Source: Eledone cirrhosa
Taxonomy: Eukaryota
Length of the DNA stretch: 64,000 bases
Assembly: GCA_964016885.1 (NCBI GenBank)
Contig: OZ024741.1
Coordinates: 379,068,001 to 379,132,000, forward strand
Direction of reading: 5' to 3'
Shown: in pieces, positions 1-13,059 of the stretch
Numbering within the stretch: position 1 is the stretch's first letter
How the letters are laid out: every line of letters starts with the position of its first letter
Notes under the pieces: model-generated
Databases searched by the model: none
What the model was told of the DNA's origin: nothing
What the model saw: only the letters and a program-made list of their open reading frames with translations
Translations under genes and position numbers: made by a program

Positions 1-2117
1 GTTTAGTGTGGGTGGGGTGGGAAGAGGTGAAGTCGAGGTAAGAGTGGGAGTCGGTGGGTTTGAAGAAGGCGGAGGTGACGAGGGAGTGGTGGGAGGGGTC
101 GAAGGAGATGTCTAAGAATTGGACGTGGGTGGTGGAGATAGAGGTGGTGAAGTGGAGGGTGGGGTGGAAGGAGCAGAAGAAGGAGAGAAAGGAGTCGAGC
201 TGTTCTCAGGTGAGGGTCGTGGCTCCGATACAGTCGTCAATGTAACGACCGTACAGTCCGGGCGTGGGGCCGGTGTATTGGGCAAATATTTGGGCATCAA
301 CATGGCCAACAAAAAGGTTGGCAAAGTTCGGGCCCATTCTTGTACCCATGGCTAACCCCGTGACCTGTTGGTAAAACTCACCCGAGAAGGAGAAACAATT
401 GAGGGTGAGGACCAGCTCGGCGAGGCGAAGGAGGGTGGGGGTGGATGGAATGGGGGAGGGGCTAAGGTCGAGGTAGTGTTTGAGGGCGCGTAGGCCGTCG
501 GCGTGGGGGATGACGGTATAGAGGGATTTGATGTCTAGGGTGAAGAGGAAGGGCTGTGGGCCGGGTGGGTAGGTGAAGGAGTCGAAAAGGCGCAGGGCGT
601 GGTTGGTGTCGGAGATGTGGGAGGGGAGGAAGGTGACAACGGGGGCGAGGATAGAGTCGAGAAAGGCGGAGATGAGTTCGGTGGGACAGTTGCAAGCGGA
701 GACGATGGGGCGGCCGGGGTTGTCGGGTTTGTGGAGTTTGGGGAGGAAGTAGATGGTGGGGGTGCAGGGGGTGCGGACGATGAGGTGGGAAGCTGTGGGG
801 GGAGGGAGGGAGGAGGCGATAAGGTCTTGGTTGGTGGAGGAGACTTGTTGTGGGTAGAGGTGGGTGGGATCAGAGGGAAGAGGGCGGTAGAAGAGGGGGT
901 TACAGAGCTGCCTGAGGGCTTCGGCCGTGTAGAGGTCCGCGCGCCACACCACCACGGCGCCTCCCTTGTCCGCCGGTTTGATGACGATGTCATCCCGGCT
1001 ACGGAGGGATCGGAGAGCGAGGAGTTCGCCCCGTGAGATATTGTACCGTTTGGAACGGTGGCGAAAGTCGAAACGATTTACTGCGCTATGGCTGGCATCG
1101 ACGAACGCGTCCATGGTGCTAAATTGCCCTGGGGCCGGCGTCGAAGAACATAGTCGTCGGCCCAGGGCGAGAAACGGGTCTGGGGCGTCCGGAGCCGGTG
1201 GCGTTCGGCCGAAATGTGCCTGTAGCTTAGTGCGTCGCACGAATCGCTCGACTTCCGTTCGGGTGCGGAACTCGTCGCTGTGCGGAGTGTGAGGTATGAA
1301 GCGAAGGCCTCTACTAAGGAGTGAGCGCTCAGGTGCGGAGAGAGGGAGGTCAGGGGGTATGGTGACAACACGTGGTGGGGTTTGGCTGTGTGGGGGGAAG
1401 GGAGGCGTTGTGAGGGGTGAGGTGGAGGGTGGAGATTGGGTAGGGGTGTGGGTCGAGGGATGGGTGGAGAGTGGTGGGCGTATGGGGATAGGCGGGTGGT
1501 GGTGGATGGGGGTGGTTGGTAGGAGTGAGTGTAGATTGCGGGCCTTGGTGGAGCTGAGGAAGGAGAAGACGTTGTGGTTGAGGTTTTGGATGAAGGAGAG
1601 GATGGCTTGGGCGAGGAGGGGGTGGCAGCTGGAGTTAAGGCGGAGGAGGGTGGGGGTCAGTTGGTGGTCAAGTTGGCGGAGGGTGGAACGGGAGGCGCGG
1701 ATGGAGTTGCGTATCAGGAGGCGTAAGGATCGGGTGAGGATACGTTGCGTGGAGGGTGAAGCGGCGGGGGAAGGGTGGAAGTGTAGACGGAAGCCGAGGG
1801 GGATAAGGTGGAGGCGGAGGCAGTGGCTAAGGAAATGGATGTGGCTGGAGTGCCGAGATTTGGCGAAGAGACGGTAGGAGAGTTGAAGGGCAGAGTGGGA
1901 GGAGGGGGGTGAGGAAAAGTTTGAAGCGATTATATAGTTGGTGGAGAAAGGATGTCAGGCTGGGCATGAGGGGCGTTGGTTGAAAGCAGGGGGAGGGATG
2001 AGAAAGCAGGGGTGTGAAGCGGGGTGGAGTGAACGAAGGAGTGAGTGCGAAGGATAGGCAGAGACGGGGAAGGGAAAATGAAACAGAAAAACGTAAGGAG
2101 GTTGGAGTATACACAGG
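1..2117 (-). mobile_element. Penelope-like element (Neptune-like), 5' half: 5'UTR, N-terminal domain and RT; runs off the left edge of the window
   Basis: The minus ORF 206-1240 has PLE RT motifs KPADKGGAVVVW, YFLPKLHK..GRPIVS, LFTLDIKSLYTVIP, YQQVTGLAMGTRMGPNFANLF and YGRYIDD. The frame extends upstream (LLSRGLRFIP) and shifts near 206. It abuts (TA)n at 2118 and is the same family as 59622-62458. Confidence 0.9.
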
Positions 2118-2126
2118 ATATAATAT

Positions 2127-2172
<46 letters not shown>

Positions 2173-2175
2173 TAT

Positions 2176-2209
<34 letters not shown>

Positions 2210-2253
2210 ATATATATATTTATATATAATATATATATTTATATATAATATAT

Positions 2254-2287
<34 letters not shown>

Positions 2288-2295
<8 letters not shown>

Positions 2296-2839
2296 TAAAA
2301 AATAATGAATAAAACAAGAAACAGTTCCTTATATTAAACAGAAAAAGTTCATTATTTAACGATCGTTTCTAGGACATATATGTGTTAGAATTGGTATGCA
2401 TATTCAACAGATCTATGTACAAAATTATACAAAATTATACAAATTATCAAATATAATATACATACCAACACATACATATGCCGTCTTCAGAAATAATTAT
2501 TTCTGAAGACGGCATATGTATGTGTTGGTATGTATATTATATTTGATAATTTGTATAATTTTGTATAATTTTGTACATAGATCTGTTGAATATGCATACC
2601 AATTCTAACACATATATGTCCTAGAAACGATCGTTAAATAATGAACTTTTTCTGTTTAATATAAGGAACTGTTTCATTGTTTTATTCATTATTTTTTTAA
2701 CATTTTATCTTGACTCTGTATTCCGTTTATCTTTCACCGAAAGTGATTTTTAAATGCATCTCTTCTTTCCATGATATCCGGATTATCTTGAGTTCTTCAC
2801 ACGGATTGGACACTACCGTAAACTCTTGGTAGACGTATC

Positions 2840-2843
<4 letters not shown>
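2288..2843. mobile_element. Solo inverted pseudo-LTR (palindrome) of the 5531-15960 PLE family
   Basis: Arms 2288-2496 and 2497-2707 are reverse complements with no spacer (aaataa|ttattt). The right arm continues with a 136-nt tail (2708-2843) homologous to 9850-9985. Flanked by TA. Confidence 0.92.
2497..2645 (+). ncRNA. Type I hammerhead ribozyme motif with 114-nt helix II (mirror copy on the minus strand at about 2348-2496)
   Basis: CTGAAGA at 2503-2509, GAAA at 2624-2627, then C-GATC-GTT. Helix I is attattt/aaataat. Confidence 0.75.
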
Positions 2844-2896
<53 letters not shown>

Positions 2897-2932
2897 ATAT
2901 ATATATAATATACATATATATATATATATTAT

Positions 2933-2981
<49 letters not shown>

Positions 2982-3053
2982 AATATTATTATATATATAT
3001 AATATATATATATATATATTATTATTATATATATATTTATATATAATATATAT

Positions 3054-3138
<85 letters not shown>

Positions 3139-3174
3139 ATAATATAAATATATAGTGTATATATATATAGATAC

Positions 3175-3213
<39 letters not shown>

Positions 3214-3297
3214 TATATATATATACATATAATATATATATAATATATATATAAATATATATATAATATATATATATATAATATATATATATGTATA

Positions 3298-3379
<82 letters not shown>

Positions 3380-3500
3380 ATATATATATATATAATATAT
3401 ATATAATATATATATATATATAATATATATATGTATATATATATATATATGTATAATATATATATATATATAATATATATATATATATAATATATATATA

Positions 3501-3543
<43 letters not shown>

Positions 3544-3618
3544 TATATATAATATATATATATATAATAGATATATATATATATATAATAGATATATATA
3601 TATATATATATAATATAT

Positions 3619-3675
<57 letters not shown>

Positions 3676-3765
3676 ATAGATATATATATATATATAATAA
3701 TATATATATATAATAGATATATATATATAATAGATATATATATATATATAATATATATATATATG

Positions 3766-3805
<40 letters not shown>

Positions 3806-3860
3806 TATATATATATTATATATATAATATATATATATATATAATATATATATATATATA

Positions 3861-3974
3861 TTTATTAAAATAACAGATTAAAGTTTAAGCAAAGAATCGC
3901 TGCTTTCACCCTTAACGGGATCTTCTGAAACAACAAAATCAATCTGTAAACGCAGAACTGGATATTTCAAAATA
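3861..3974 (-). mobile_element. PLE 3'-terminal fragment with hammerhead-like motif (same family as 63381-63495)
   Basis: Reverse complement reads gttt-CAGAAGA-tcccgttaagggt-GAAA-gca..tgcTT-aaac...aataaa, then TA. Near-identical to 63381-63495. Confidence 0.65.
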
Positions 3975-3991
3975 TAATATATATATTTATA

Positions 3992-4031
<40 letters not shown>

Positions 4032-4131
4032 ATATATATATATATTATATATAATATATATATATATTATATATATATATATATATGGTATATATGATAT
4101 ATATATATATATATAATATATATATGTATAT

Positions 4132-4171
<40 letters not shown>

Positions 4172-4185
4172 TATATAATATATAT

Positions 4186-4244
<59 letters not shown>

Positions 4245-4250
4245 TATATA

Positions 4251-4298
<48 letters not shown>

Positions 4299-4347
4299 AT
4301 ATATATATATAATATATATATATATATAATATATATAATATATATAT

Positions 4348-4448
<101 letters not shown>

Positions 4449-4623
4449 ATATATATATATATAATATATATATATAATATATATATATAATATATATATA
4501 TATAATATATATATGTATAATATATATATATATATATATATAATATATATATATATATATAATATATATATATGTGTGTAATATATATATATATATGTAT
4601 TATATATATATATGTATTATATA

Positions 4624-4871
<248 letters not shown>

Positions 4872-4923
4872 ATATATATATATAATACATATATATATAT
4901 ATATAATACATATATATATATAT

Positions 4924-5030
4924 TACAGTGGTCTCCACTGTGGTCTCCCCACACGATACAAAGTATCATGAAACTTGAAGCTCCCCAAAAGGCAATCACG
5001 AAAAAGATAGATGGCATATCAGACCTTGAT
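4924..5030 (+). mobile_element. About 100-bp CR1-type LINE RT C-terminal fragment
   Basis: Translates as [33 protein letters not shown], resembling the CR1 ORF2 motif SPxWSP...LExxQrxxTKxIxG. Confidence 0.6.
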
Positions 5031-5076
5031 ATATATATATATATATATATCATATATATATATATAATATATATAA

Positions 5077-5145
<69 letters not shown>

Positions 5146-5276
5146 CATATATATATATATCATATATATATATATATATAATATATATATATGTATATAT
5201 ATATATATCATATATATATATATTTATAATATATATATATATAATATATATATCCTATATATATATAATATATATT

Positions 5277-5320
<44 letters not shown>

Positions 5321-5484
5321 TATATACATATATATCATATATATATATATCATATATATATATATCATATATATATATATATATATAATATATATATATG
5401 TATATAATATATATATATATATAATATATATATATATATATCATATAGATATATATCATATATATATATATATATCATATATAT

Positions 5485-5534
<50 letters not shown>

Positions 5535-5719
5535 GATAAATCTACCAAGAGTTTACGGTAGTGTCCAATCCGTATGAAGAACTCAATGTATTCCGGATAT
5601 CATGGAAAGAAGAGATGTAATGAAAATCCACTTTCGGTGAAAGATAAACGGTATACAGAGTCAAGATAAAATATTAAACAAATAATGAACAAACAATTCC
5701 TTATATTAAACAAAAAAAG

Positions 5720-5874
5720 TTCACTATTTAACGATCGTTTCTAGGGCATACATGTGTTATAATTGGTATGCATATTTAACAGATCTATGTACAAAATTAT
5801 ACAAAATTATACAAATTATCAAGATTAAATATACATACCTAACTCATATATACGCCGTCTTCAGAAATAATGAA
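5720..5874 (-). ncRNA. Type I hammerhead motif with 116-nt helix II (inverted copy)
   Basis: Reverse complement of 15746-15900. Confidence 0.75.
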
Positions 5875-6631
5875 GTATATTTATTGATAATAACAACAAT
5901 TCAAAATATCAGTTCAAAATTGACCAATGAAAACACAAAGGGTTAAAAGCAGTTTGGTGTGTGTACACACATGCAAAAACCTTACACATATTTTACAATA
6001 ATGTGTGTATAATTTGTATGTGTATACTAAAAAGATGGATGCAAACACAAAATTTCAAGGTTAATATCTCTGTAAGCTTAATGCGCTGATAAGATACGCA
6101 AAGATACTTATGGAGTCAAGCATATAAATATATTTTTTTCATACTCACACATATCAGTATAATCACACATACATGTGCGTATATGCATAAATATACACAT
6201 AACCACGAACATACAAACACACACACTCCCGCACTCACATTTATATATGTGGATACAAAATCATAAGCAAATAGAAATTAAGTCACTCACATAAAAACAC
6301 TGGTACACACATTTCAAGATCAAGATACAGAAATTAGGTGGGAGGGGGTGGAGGGGTCAGTATTAGATTGTCAGACCAGACAGCCTAATATAAATGTATC
6401 TATAAATTAAGAAAAATAAAAAAATAAAAACAATAAAATATAATAAATGTACATACACTTACAGATATACATACACATACATACATGTACGCGCACATAG
6501 AGATATTTACACATACATACATACACACATACCTATACTGTCATACACACACATACATTTACACGAACATACACATACACATATAAAAAGATATAAATAC
6601 ACACACACTCACGCGCAACACATACACACAT

Positions 6632-6674
<43 letters not shown>

Positions 6675-9028
6675 TATACACACACACATAGACTCATATA
6701 TATATATATATATACATATACACACATATATACAAACATATATATCTCCACACTCATACCACCATAAATATACATACAAACACCCACATGTATATATATA
6801 TATATATATATATATATCCACATACACACACGTACACATATATATATATATATACACATATATACACATACACATATATATATATACACACACATAAAAA
6901 ACAGACATGCACATATATATATATATATATATATATATTTCATTACTCTTATATATACACATAGTATATATACATACACAACCTCACTTATACACATATA
7001 CACATAAGTTATATTACAATAATAATAAAGAATAATATATACATATATATATACATACATACACACATATACATATATACATATACATATATATATACAC
7101 ACACATACATACACATACATACATACACCTAAACATATACATACATAAATACACACATACGAATAAAGACATATATTCACACATAGACACCTATATACAC
7201 ATATACATATATATATATATATATATATATCTATATATATACACATACATACATATACATATATATACATATATATATACACATACACACACACACACAC
7301 ACACAGACACACATACACACTCACATATACATATATATATATATGTGTATGTGAGTGTGCGCAAATACATATATATATACACACACACACATACAAACAC
7401 ACACAAACACATACATATGCATATATGCACACACACACACATATATCACATAGATACGAAGATAAACATATAAATAGAGAGACATACAAATATATACAGA
7501 ACCCATATACACATACATACAACCACGCATATACATATACATACATATATACACATATATATATTCCTATATACAAGCATACACATACATACACATATAT
7601 ACATATACATACACATATACATACCACACATTCACATACACATACATATATAATACATATATATACATATATATACATACATATGTATGTACAATCATAT
7701 ATACACACTCAATCTTACATTCATATTTACATGCTCATATATGTATTTTTATATTTAGAAATAAATACCAAAACCTATATAGACACCCACCTACACATAT
7801 ATTCATACATATACTCTTACAAAAACAGATGATAATAGTATGGGGGAAAGGGGGGGTTTGGAGAAGGGGATCAAAGTAAATATATGTTTCAAGAAACATA
7901 TAATATTTTCCGTATCTTAATTCAATGTATGTTCTTACATATTTTCAGTGCTAGGAAATACGAAATCTATGCATCCCAAAATAAAAAAATATACCATTAA
8001 TCATATGTTAACTAAACCAAAGATAGTCAACATATTGATTTCCAAGGTGTAAATTAGTTAGGTTTATAATATTTGAAGCAAAATTATGAAGTCAAACAGT
8101 AGTAGATTATTAATTACATTATAACCAAATTAAAGTTAATAACGTTATGGTATCAATATTAGGAGATGAATTTAGTAATAGGGAAAAGAAACCCAAATAA
8201 AAATAAAATAAAGTATTACATCGGTAGTAGCATATAAATTATATGTTAACTAAATTAAAAATTATATATTTATTTCAATAGTATACGTTAATTAGTATAT
8301 GTTAATTAGGTATACAATACATAAAGCAGATATTGTATTTCATCAATAGCATAATATAATTATATGCAAATAAAAATCAAAATTAATACGCATACATATA
8401 CATATACATACACATACACATATATATACATATACACACATATATATATATATATACATATATATACACATACATACATATATAGTCACATAAATATACA
8501 TACAGATACACATACAATACACACATATACATATACATATAGATATACATATCTTTTTCAAAAAATTGCACAGAATATATTAACTAGGTATATATCCAAA
8601 ACACATCCCATTCTATGATTACATGACATTCTGCAATTCGTCTGTACAAGGATACTAATTTTAAGCAAATTAAAATTAAAGTTTTAGGTTGATTAAAACT
8701 AAAACCAAATAATAAATATATTTCCAAAATGTATATTAATTAGGTCTAAAATACTAAAAATTCTTTCTCCGTCATAGGATACATGATATTATTTTGTTAT
8801 ATTTTATCTGTAAAAGAATTATAATAAAAAAAAAAAAATTATAATAAAAGGTTAAAATAAATTAAAATTAATCTATAAATTAAATTACTGAGTATATATT
8901 AGTAATATTTAAAGGTTTTTCAAAATTTATGATTACATAATATTTTCTCATCTGTAATAAAATATTAATTAAATTAAATTTATAGGTTAACTAACATTTA
9001 AATTAAATTAAATTCTAGAATAATGTTA

Positions 9029-9691
9029 TTAATTAGGTTTATAATATTTAAATGTTTTTTTTAGTTTATGATTACACGATATAATTAATTCCTGTCTTTT
9101 ATTTAATAAGATATCCCTAGACTTCATTATTTCAAATAGTTCTTGGGAACATAATCTACATTCCTTTCTATTATTTTGATAAGGGGTGGCTCTTTTGAGC
9201 ACACTCCAGGTCAAATCATATTTTATATTTTTATTTTTATAACTATTGATTTTTTCTGCTAGAGATGTTGTATTAGCCAGTGCGGCATTTTTAAAGCTAT
9301 GTTTGTGGGTATTATACCTTGTCTTAAAATTGTTAGAGGTAGCTCCTATATATGAGCAAATAGAATCTTTAGTTTTAACATTACATTTATAGACTATGTT
9401 GTTAATAAGACAATTCCCTTTTAATGGGCAGTTTGTTTTGTTTCTACAGTTACATCCTTTCGTTAATTCTGTATTTGAGGAGATATTATTGTTAATTTGA
9501 TGTACTGGTGGTATACTTATGGTTTTCTTACATTTATATGCATTATATGCACTTATATTTTGTTTTATGTTATTTGTTGTAGAGTATGAGAATTTAACTG
9601 TAGACCTATTTAAGATTTGATGGTATTTGTGGTTTGGCGGGAAGTTTTTCTCAAGGATATAAAAAAATTTTTTAGCAATATTATCCTTAAC
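9029..9691 (-). pseudogene. Inverted duplicate of the GIY-YIG-coding 3' end of the PLE ORF
   Basis: The ORF track gives the same C-terminus (TWSVLKRATPY...YYKPN) as 10121-12583. Confidence 0.92.
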
Positions 9692-10141
9692 AATATTATC
9701 CTTAATAGTGAATATTTTTTAGCAATATTTTTAGCAATATTTTTAGCAATATTTTTTAGCAATATTATCCTTAGCAATATTATCCTTAATAGTGAACTTT
9801 TTTTGTTTAATATAAGGAATTGTTTGTTCATTATTTGTTTAATATTTTATCTTGACTCTGTATACCGTTTATCTTTCACCGAAAGTGGATTTTCATTACA
9901 TCTCTTCTTTCCATGATATCCGGAATACATTGAGTTCTTCATACGGATTGGACACTACCGTAAACTCTTGGTAGATTTATCTACATAATTTTGCTCCTAT
10001 TTTCACGGAAATATTCGTATATTTGTACTGTATGTGTGTATTAATTTTATATTTATGTATAAACATATATATATATGTATGATTTTGTAAACCCATATAC
10101 ATTTAGTTGAGCTCTTTCAATTGTCCATCATCCATATCACA

Positions 10142-12583
10142 ATGGAAAAACAATATTTAGGAACCTCCTTAAAAAACATACCAATACCTTCTAAGGACGA
10201 CTTCTTACTCCTTATGATTCAGAAAACTAATAATTTTATCAGAAGGGTTAGATGGAGAGCCTACCACTTCGATAGAAAATCTAAACAAGCAGATCGGAAA
10301 TATATGTATGATTTCAACACTTACAAGAATCCACCACACAACTTTTTACTTGAAGACTTCGAGAAAGACCTTTTTAATTTAATTAAACACCTCAAATTTA
10401 AAAAGTATAAATCCGTCTTTCAAAAGGACCTTGATTCTACCCTATTGGACCTAAAAAAGTCTAAAAAAATCCATGTCCACTCGGACAAAACTGGTAACTT
10501 GTATCATATGGATATTGAACATTATAATGAGTTCATATATAAAGAACTCAGAAAAAATTATAAAAAATCTAATAATGTGTCACTCACCAACATCAACAAC
10601 AAAACACATAACATAGTAAAAAAACTAAATATTGAAGATAGAACTGAACCTTTGGCATTGAAAAGTCCACACTTCAACCTGAAAGATCACAAATCTAACT
10701 TTAACTCTAATCCTTCTATTAGACTTATATGTCCCTCCAAATCAGATATTGGAATAATTAGCAAAAAAATTTTAGATAGAGTCATCCCACAAATAAGAAA
10801 ATACGTTATTTTACCACTCTGGGAAAACACCTCCCAGGTAATTAATTGGTTTAAAAATATTAGGTGTAAATCTTCTGCTTCTTTCCTACAATTTGATATA
10901 GATAATTACTATTCTTCTATATCACCCATACTCCTGAACAAAGCATTAATATTTGCTAAAAATAGATCTAATTTAACTTCGGATGACATTAACATTATTA
11001 CACATGCTAGACAAACACTTATTGAATTTCAGAATGAATACTGGACCAGAAACACTTATAGTAATCTTTTTGATATTACTATGGGTTCAAGCGATTCCGC
11101 CCAAATTACTGATCTTGTGGGCCTCTTTCTCCTTTTCAACATAAATGCCTCTTTTCCCCACCTCAAAGGTGGTTTATATCGTGATGACTGTCTTCTTCTT
11201 TCTAACAACCTTAGCCTTTCAGAAATCGAAAAAAACAAAAAGCATATTAGAACTTTCCTTAAAGACTATTATAATCTTAATATTACTTTTGAAAAAACAA
11301 GTAAAGTAGTAAATTTCCTAGATATAACTTTAGATTTAGCTACGGGTATATACCAACCTTACCATAAACCTAACCAAAACTTACATTACATACACTCACA
11401 ATCTAATCACCCTAAATCTATCCTTAAAAACCTTGCATATAATATATCACTTAGAATTTCTAACCTTTCTTCTAACCAAGATGTATTTGATAAAAATGCG
11501 ACCTTTTATAATGAAGCTCTAGATAGAAGTGGCCACAAAAATAGATTAGAGTATATACCTTCTACTAAAAATACTGAAAGCATACAGCATAATATTACCA
11601 ACAAACACCAAATGAAAAGTACACACCTAAATGCCACCCACAGTATACCCCAAAATACTAAATCTTCTAATATAAAGTATAGTAACCCTCAAAAAACTAC
11701 TCATCATACGACTATAATAAATATTAATAATAAAACTCCTAATAAAAAAGATAAAACACCTAAATCTACAAATATAACTAAAAATAGTTGTGGTGAGATC
11801 ATTAACATTAATCCTCCTAGTAAAAATCATGATACAACATATAAAAATAATAAAAATAATAAACAACATAGAAACCGTAATAGACGAGTTACTTGGTATA
11901 ATGCTCCTTTTAATTTACAAGTTAAGGATAATATTGCTAAAAAATTTTTTTATATCCTTGAGAAAAACTTCCCGCCAAACCACAAATACCATCAAATCTT
12001 AAATAGGTCTACAGTTAAATTCTCATACTCTACAACAAATAACATAAAACAAAATATAAGTGCATATAATGCATATAAATGTAAGAAAACCATAAGTATA
12101 CCACCAGTACATCAAATTAACAATAATATCTCCTCAAATACAGAATTAACGAAAGGATGTAACTGTAGAAACAAAACAAACTGCCCATTAAAAGGGAATT
12201 GTCTTATTAACAACATAGTCTATAAATGTAATGTTAAAACTAAAGATTCTATTTGCTCATATATAGGAGCTACCTCTAACAATTTTAAGACAAGGTATAA
12301 TACCCACAAACATAGCTTTAAAAATGCCGCACTGGCTAATACAACATCTCTAGCAGAAAAAATCAATAGTTATAAAAATAAAAATATAAAATATGATTTG
12401 ACCTGGAGTGTGCTCAAAAGAGCCACCCCTTATCAAAATAATAGAAAGGAATGTAGATTATGTTCCCAAGAACTATTTGAAATAATGAAGTCTAGGGATA
12501 TCTTATTAAATAAAAGACAGGAATTAATTATATCGTGTAATCATAAACTAAAAAAAACATTTAAATATTATAAACCTAATTAA
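10142..12583 (+). CDS. Intact PLE polyprotein: reverse transcriptase, Cys-rich linker and GIY-YIG endonuclease (813 aa from the ATG at 10142)
   Basis: RT motifs: FLQFDIDNYYSSI, MGSSDSAQITDLVG, LYRDD, VNFLDITL, YHKP...SNHP. Linker CNCRNKTNCPLKGNC (CxCx5Cx5C). Endonuclease: IVY...YIG.T...FKTRY..H, CRLC..E, LNKR.E. No stops or frameshifts. The Hydra-clade call comes from remembered motifs and needs a tree. Confidence 0.95.
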   Translation: MEKQYLGTSLKNIPIPSKDDFLLLMIQKTNNFIRRVRWRAYHFDRKSKQADRKYMYDFNTYKNPPHNFLLEDFEKDLFNLIKHLKFKKYKSVFQKDLDSTLLDLKKSKKIHVHSDKTGNLYHMDIEHYNEFIYKELRKNYKKSNNVSLTNINNKTHNIVKKLNIEDRTEPLALKSPHFNLKDHKSNFNSNPSIRLICPSKSDIGIISKKILDRVIPQIRKYVILPLWENTSQVINWFKNIRCKSSASFLQFDIDNYYSSISPILLNKALIFAKNRSNLTSDDINIITHARQTLIEFQNEYWTRNTYSNLFDITMGSSDSAQITDLVGLFLLFNINASFPHLKGGLYRDDCLLLSNNLSLSEIEKNKKHIRTFLKDYYNLNITFEKTSKVVNFLDITLDLATGIYQPYHKPNQNLHYIHSQSNHPKSILKNLAYNISLRISNLSSNQDVFDKNATFYNEALDRSGHKNRLEYIPSTKNTESIQHNITNKHQMKSTHLNATHSIPQNTKSSNIKYSNPQKTTHHTTIININNKTPNKKDKTPKSTNITKNSCGEIININPPSKNHDTTYKNNKNNKQHRNRNRRVTWYNAPFNLQVKDNIAKKFFYILEKNFPPNHKYHQILNRSTVKFSYSTTNNIKQNISAYNAYKCKKTISIPPVHQINNNISSNTELTKGCNCRNKTNCPLKGNCLINNIVYKCNVKTKDSICSYIGATSNNFKTRYNTHKHSFKNAALANTTSLAEKINSYKNKNIKYDLTWSVLKRATPYQNNRKECRLCSQELFEIMKSRDILLNKRQELIISCNHKLKKTFKYYKPN

Positions 12584-13059
12584 TAACATTATTCTAGAAT
12601 TTAATTTAATTTAAATGTTAGTTAACCTATAAATTTAATTTAATTAATATTTTATTACAGATGAGAAAATATTATGTAATCATAAATTTTGAAAAACCTT
12701 TAAATATTACTAATATATACTCAGTAATTTAATTTATAGATTAATTTTAATTTATTTTAACCTTTTATTATAATTTTTTTTTTTTTTTTATTATAATTCT
12801 TTTACAGATAAAATATAACAAAATAATATCATGTATCCTATGACGGAGAAAGAATTTTTAGTATTATAGACCTAATTAATATACATTTTGGAAATATATT
12901 TATTATTTGGTTTTAGTTTTAATCAACCTAAAACTTTAATTTTAATTTGCTTAAAATTAGTATCCTTGTACAGACGAATTGCAGAATGTCATGTAATCAT
13001 AGAATGGGATGTGTTTTGGATATATACCTAGTTAATATATTCTGTGCAATTTTTTGAAA

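Noticed and set aside
599-1877. Plus-strand Gly/Arg/Trp-rich ORFs
   Set aside because: Antisense shadows of the C-rich Neptune-like ORF.
6533-7708. Cys/Val/Tyr-rich 391-aa ORF and its mirror at 13907-14863
   Set aside because: TG/TA low-complexity sequence; the reading frame differs between the two arms.
9692-9790. CRISPR-like short repeats
   Set aside because: No unique spacers and a eukaryotic context; the repeats are copied from adjacent element sequence.
10030-10106. Possible intron in the PLE 5' UTR (GTATGT...tttAG)
   Set aside because: Plausible for a PLE, but these motifs are too common in AT/TG-rich DNA to support without transcripts.
10142-12583. Selenoprotein-type (Naiad) PLE
   Set aside because: The endonuclease is C-terminal and there are no in-frame TGA codons.
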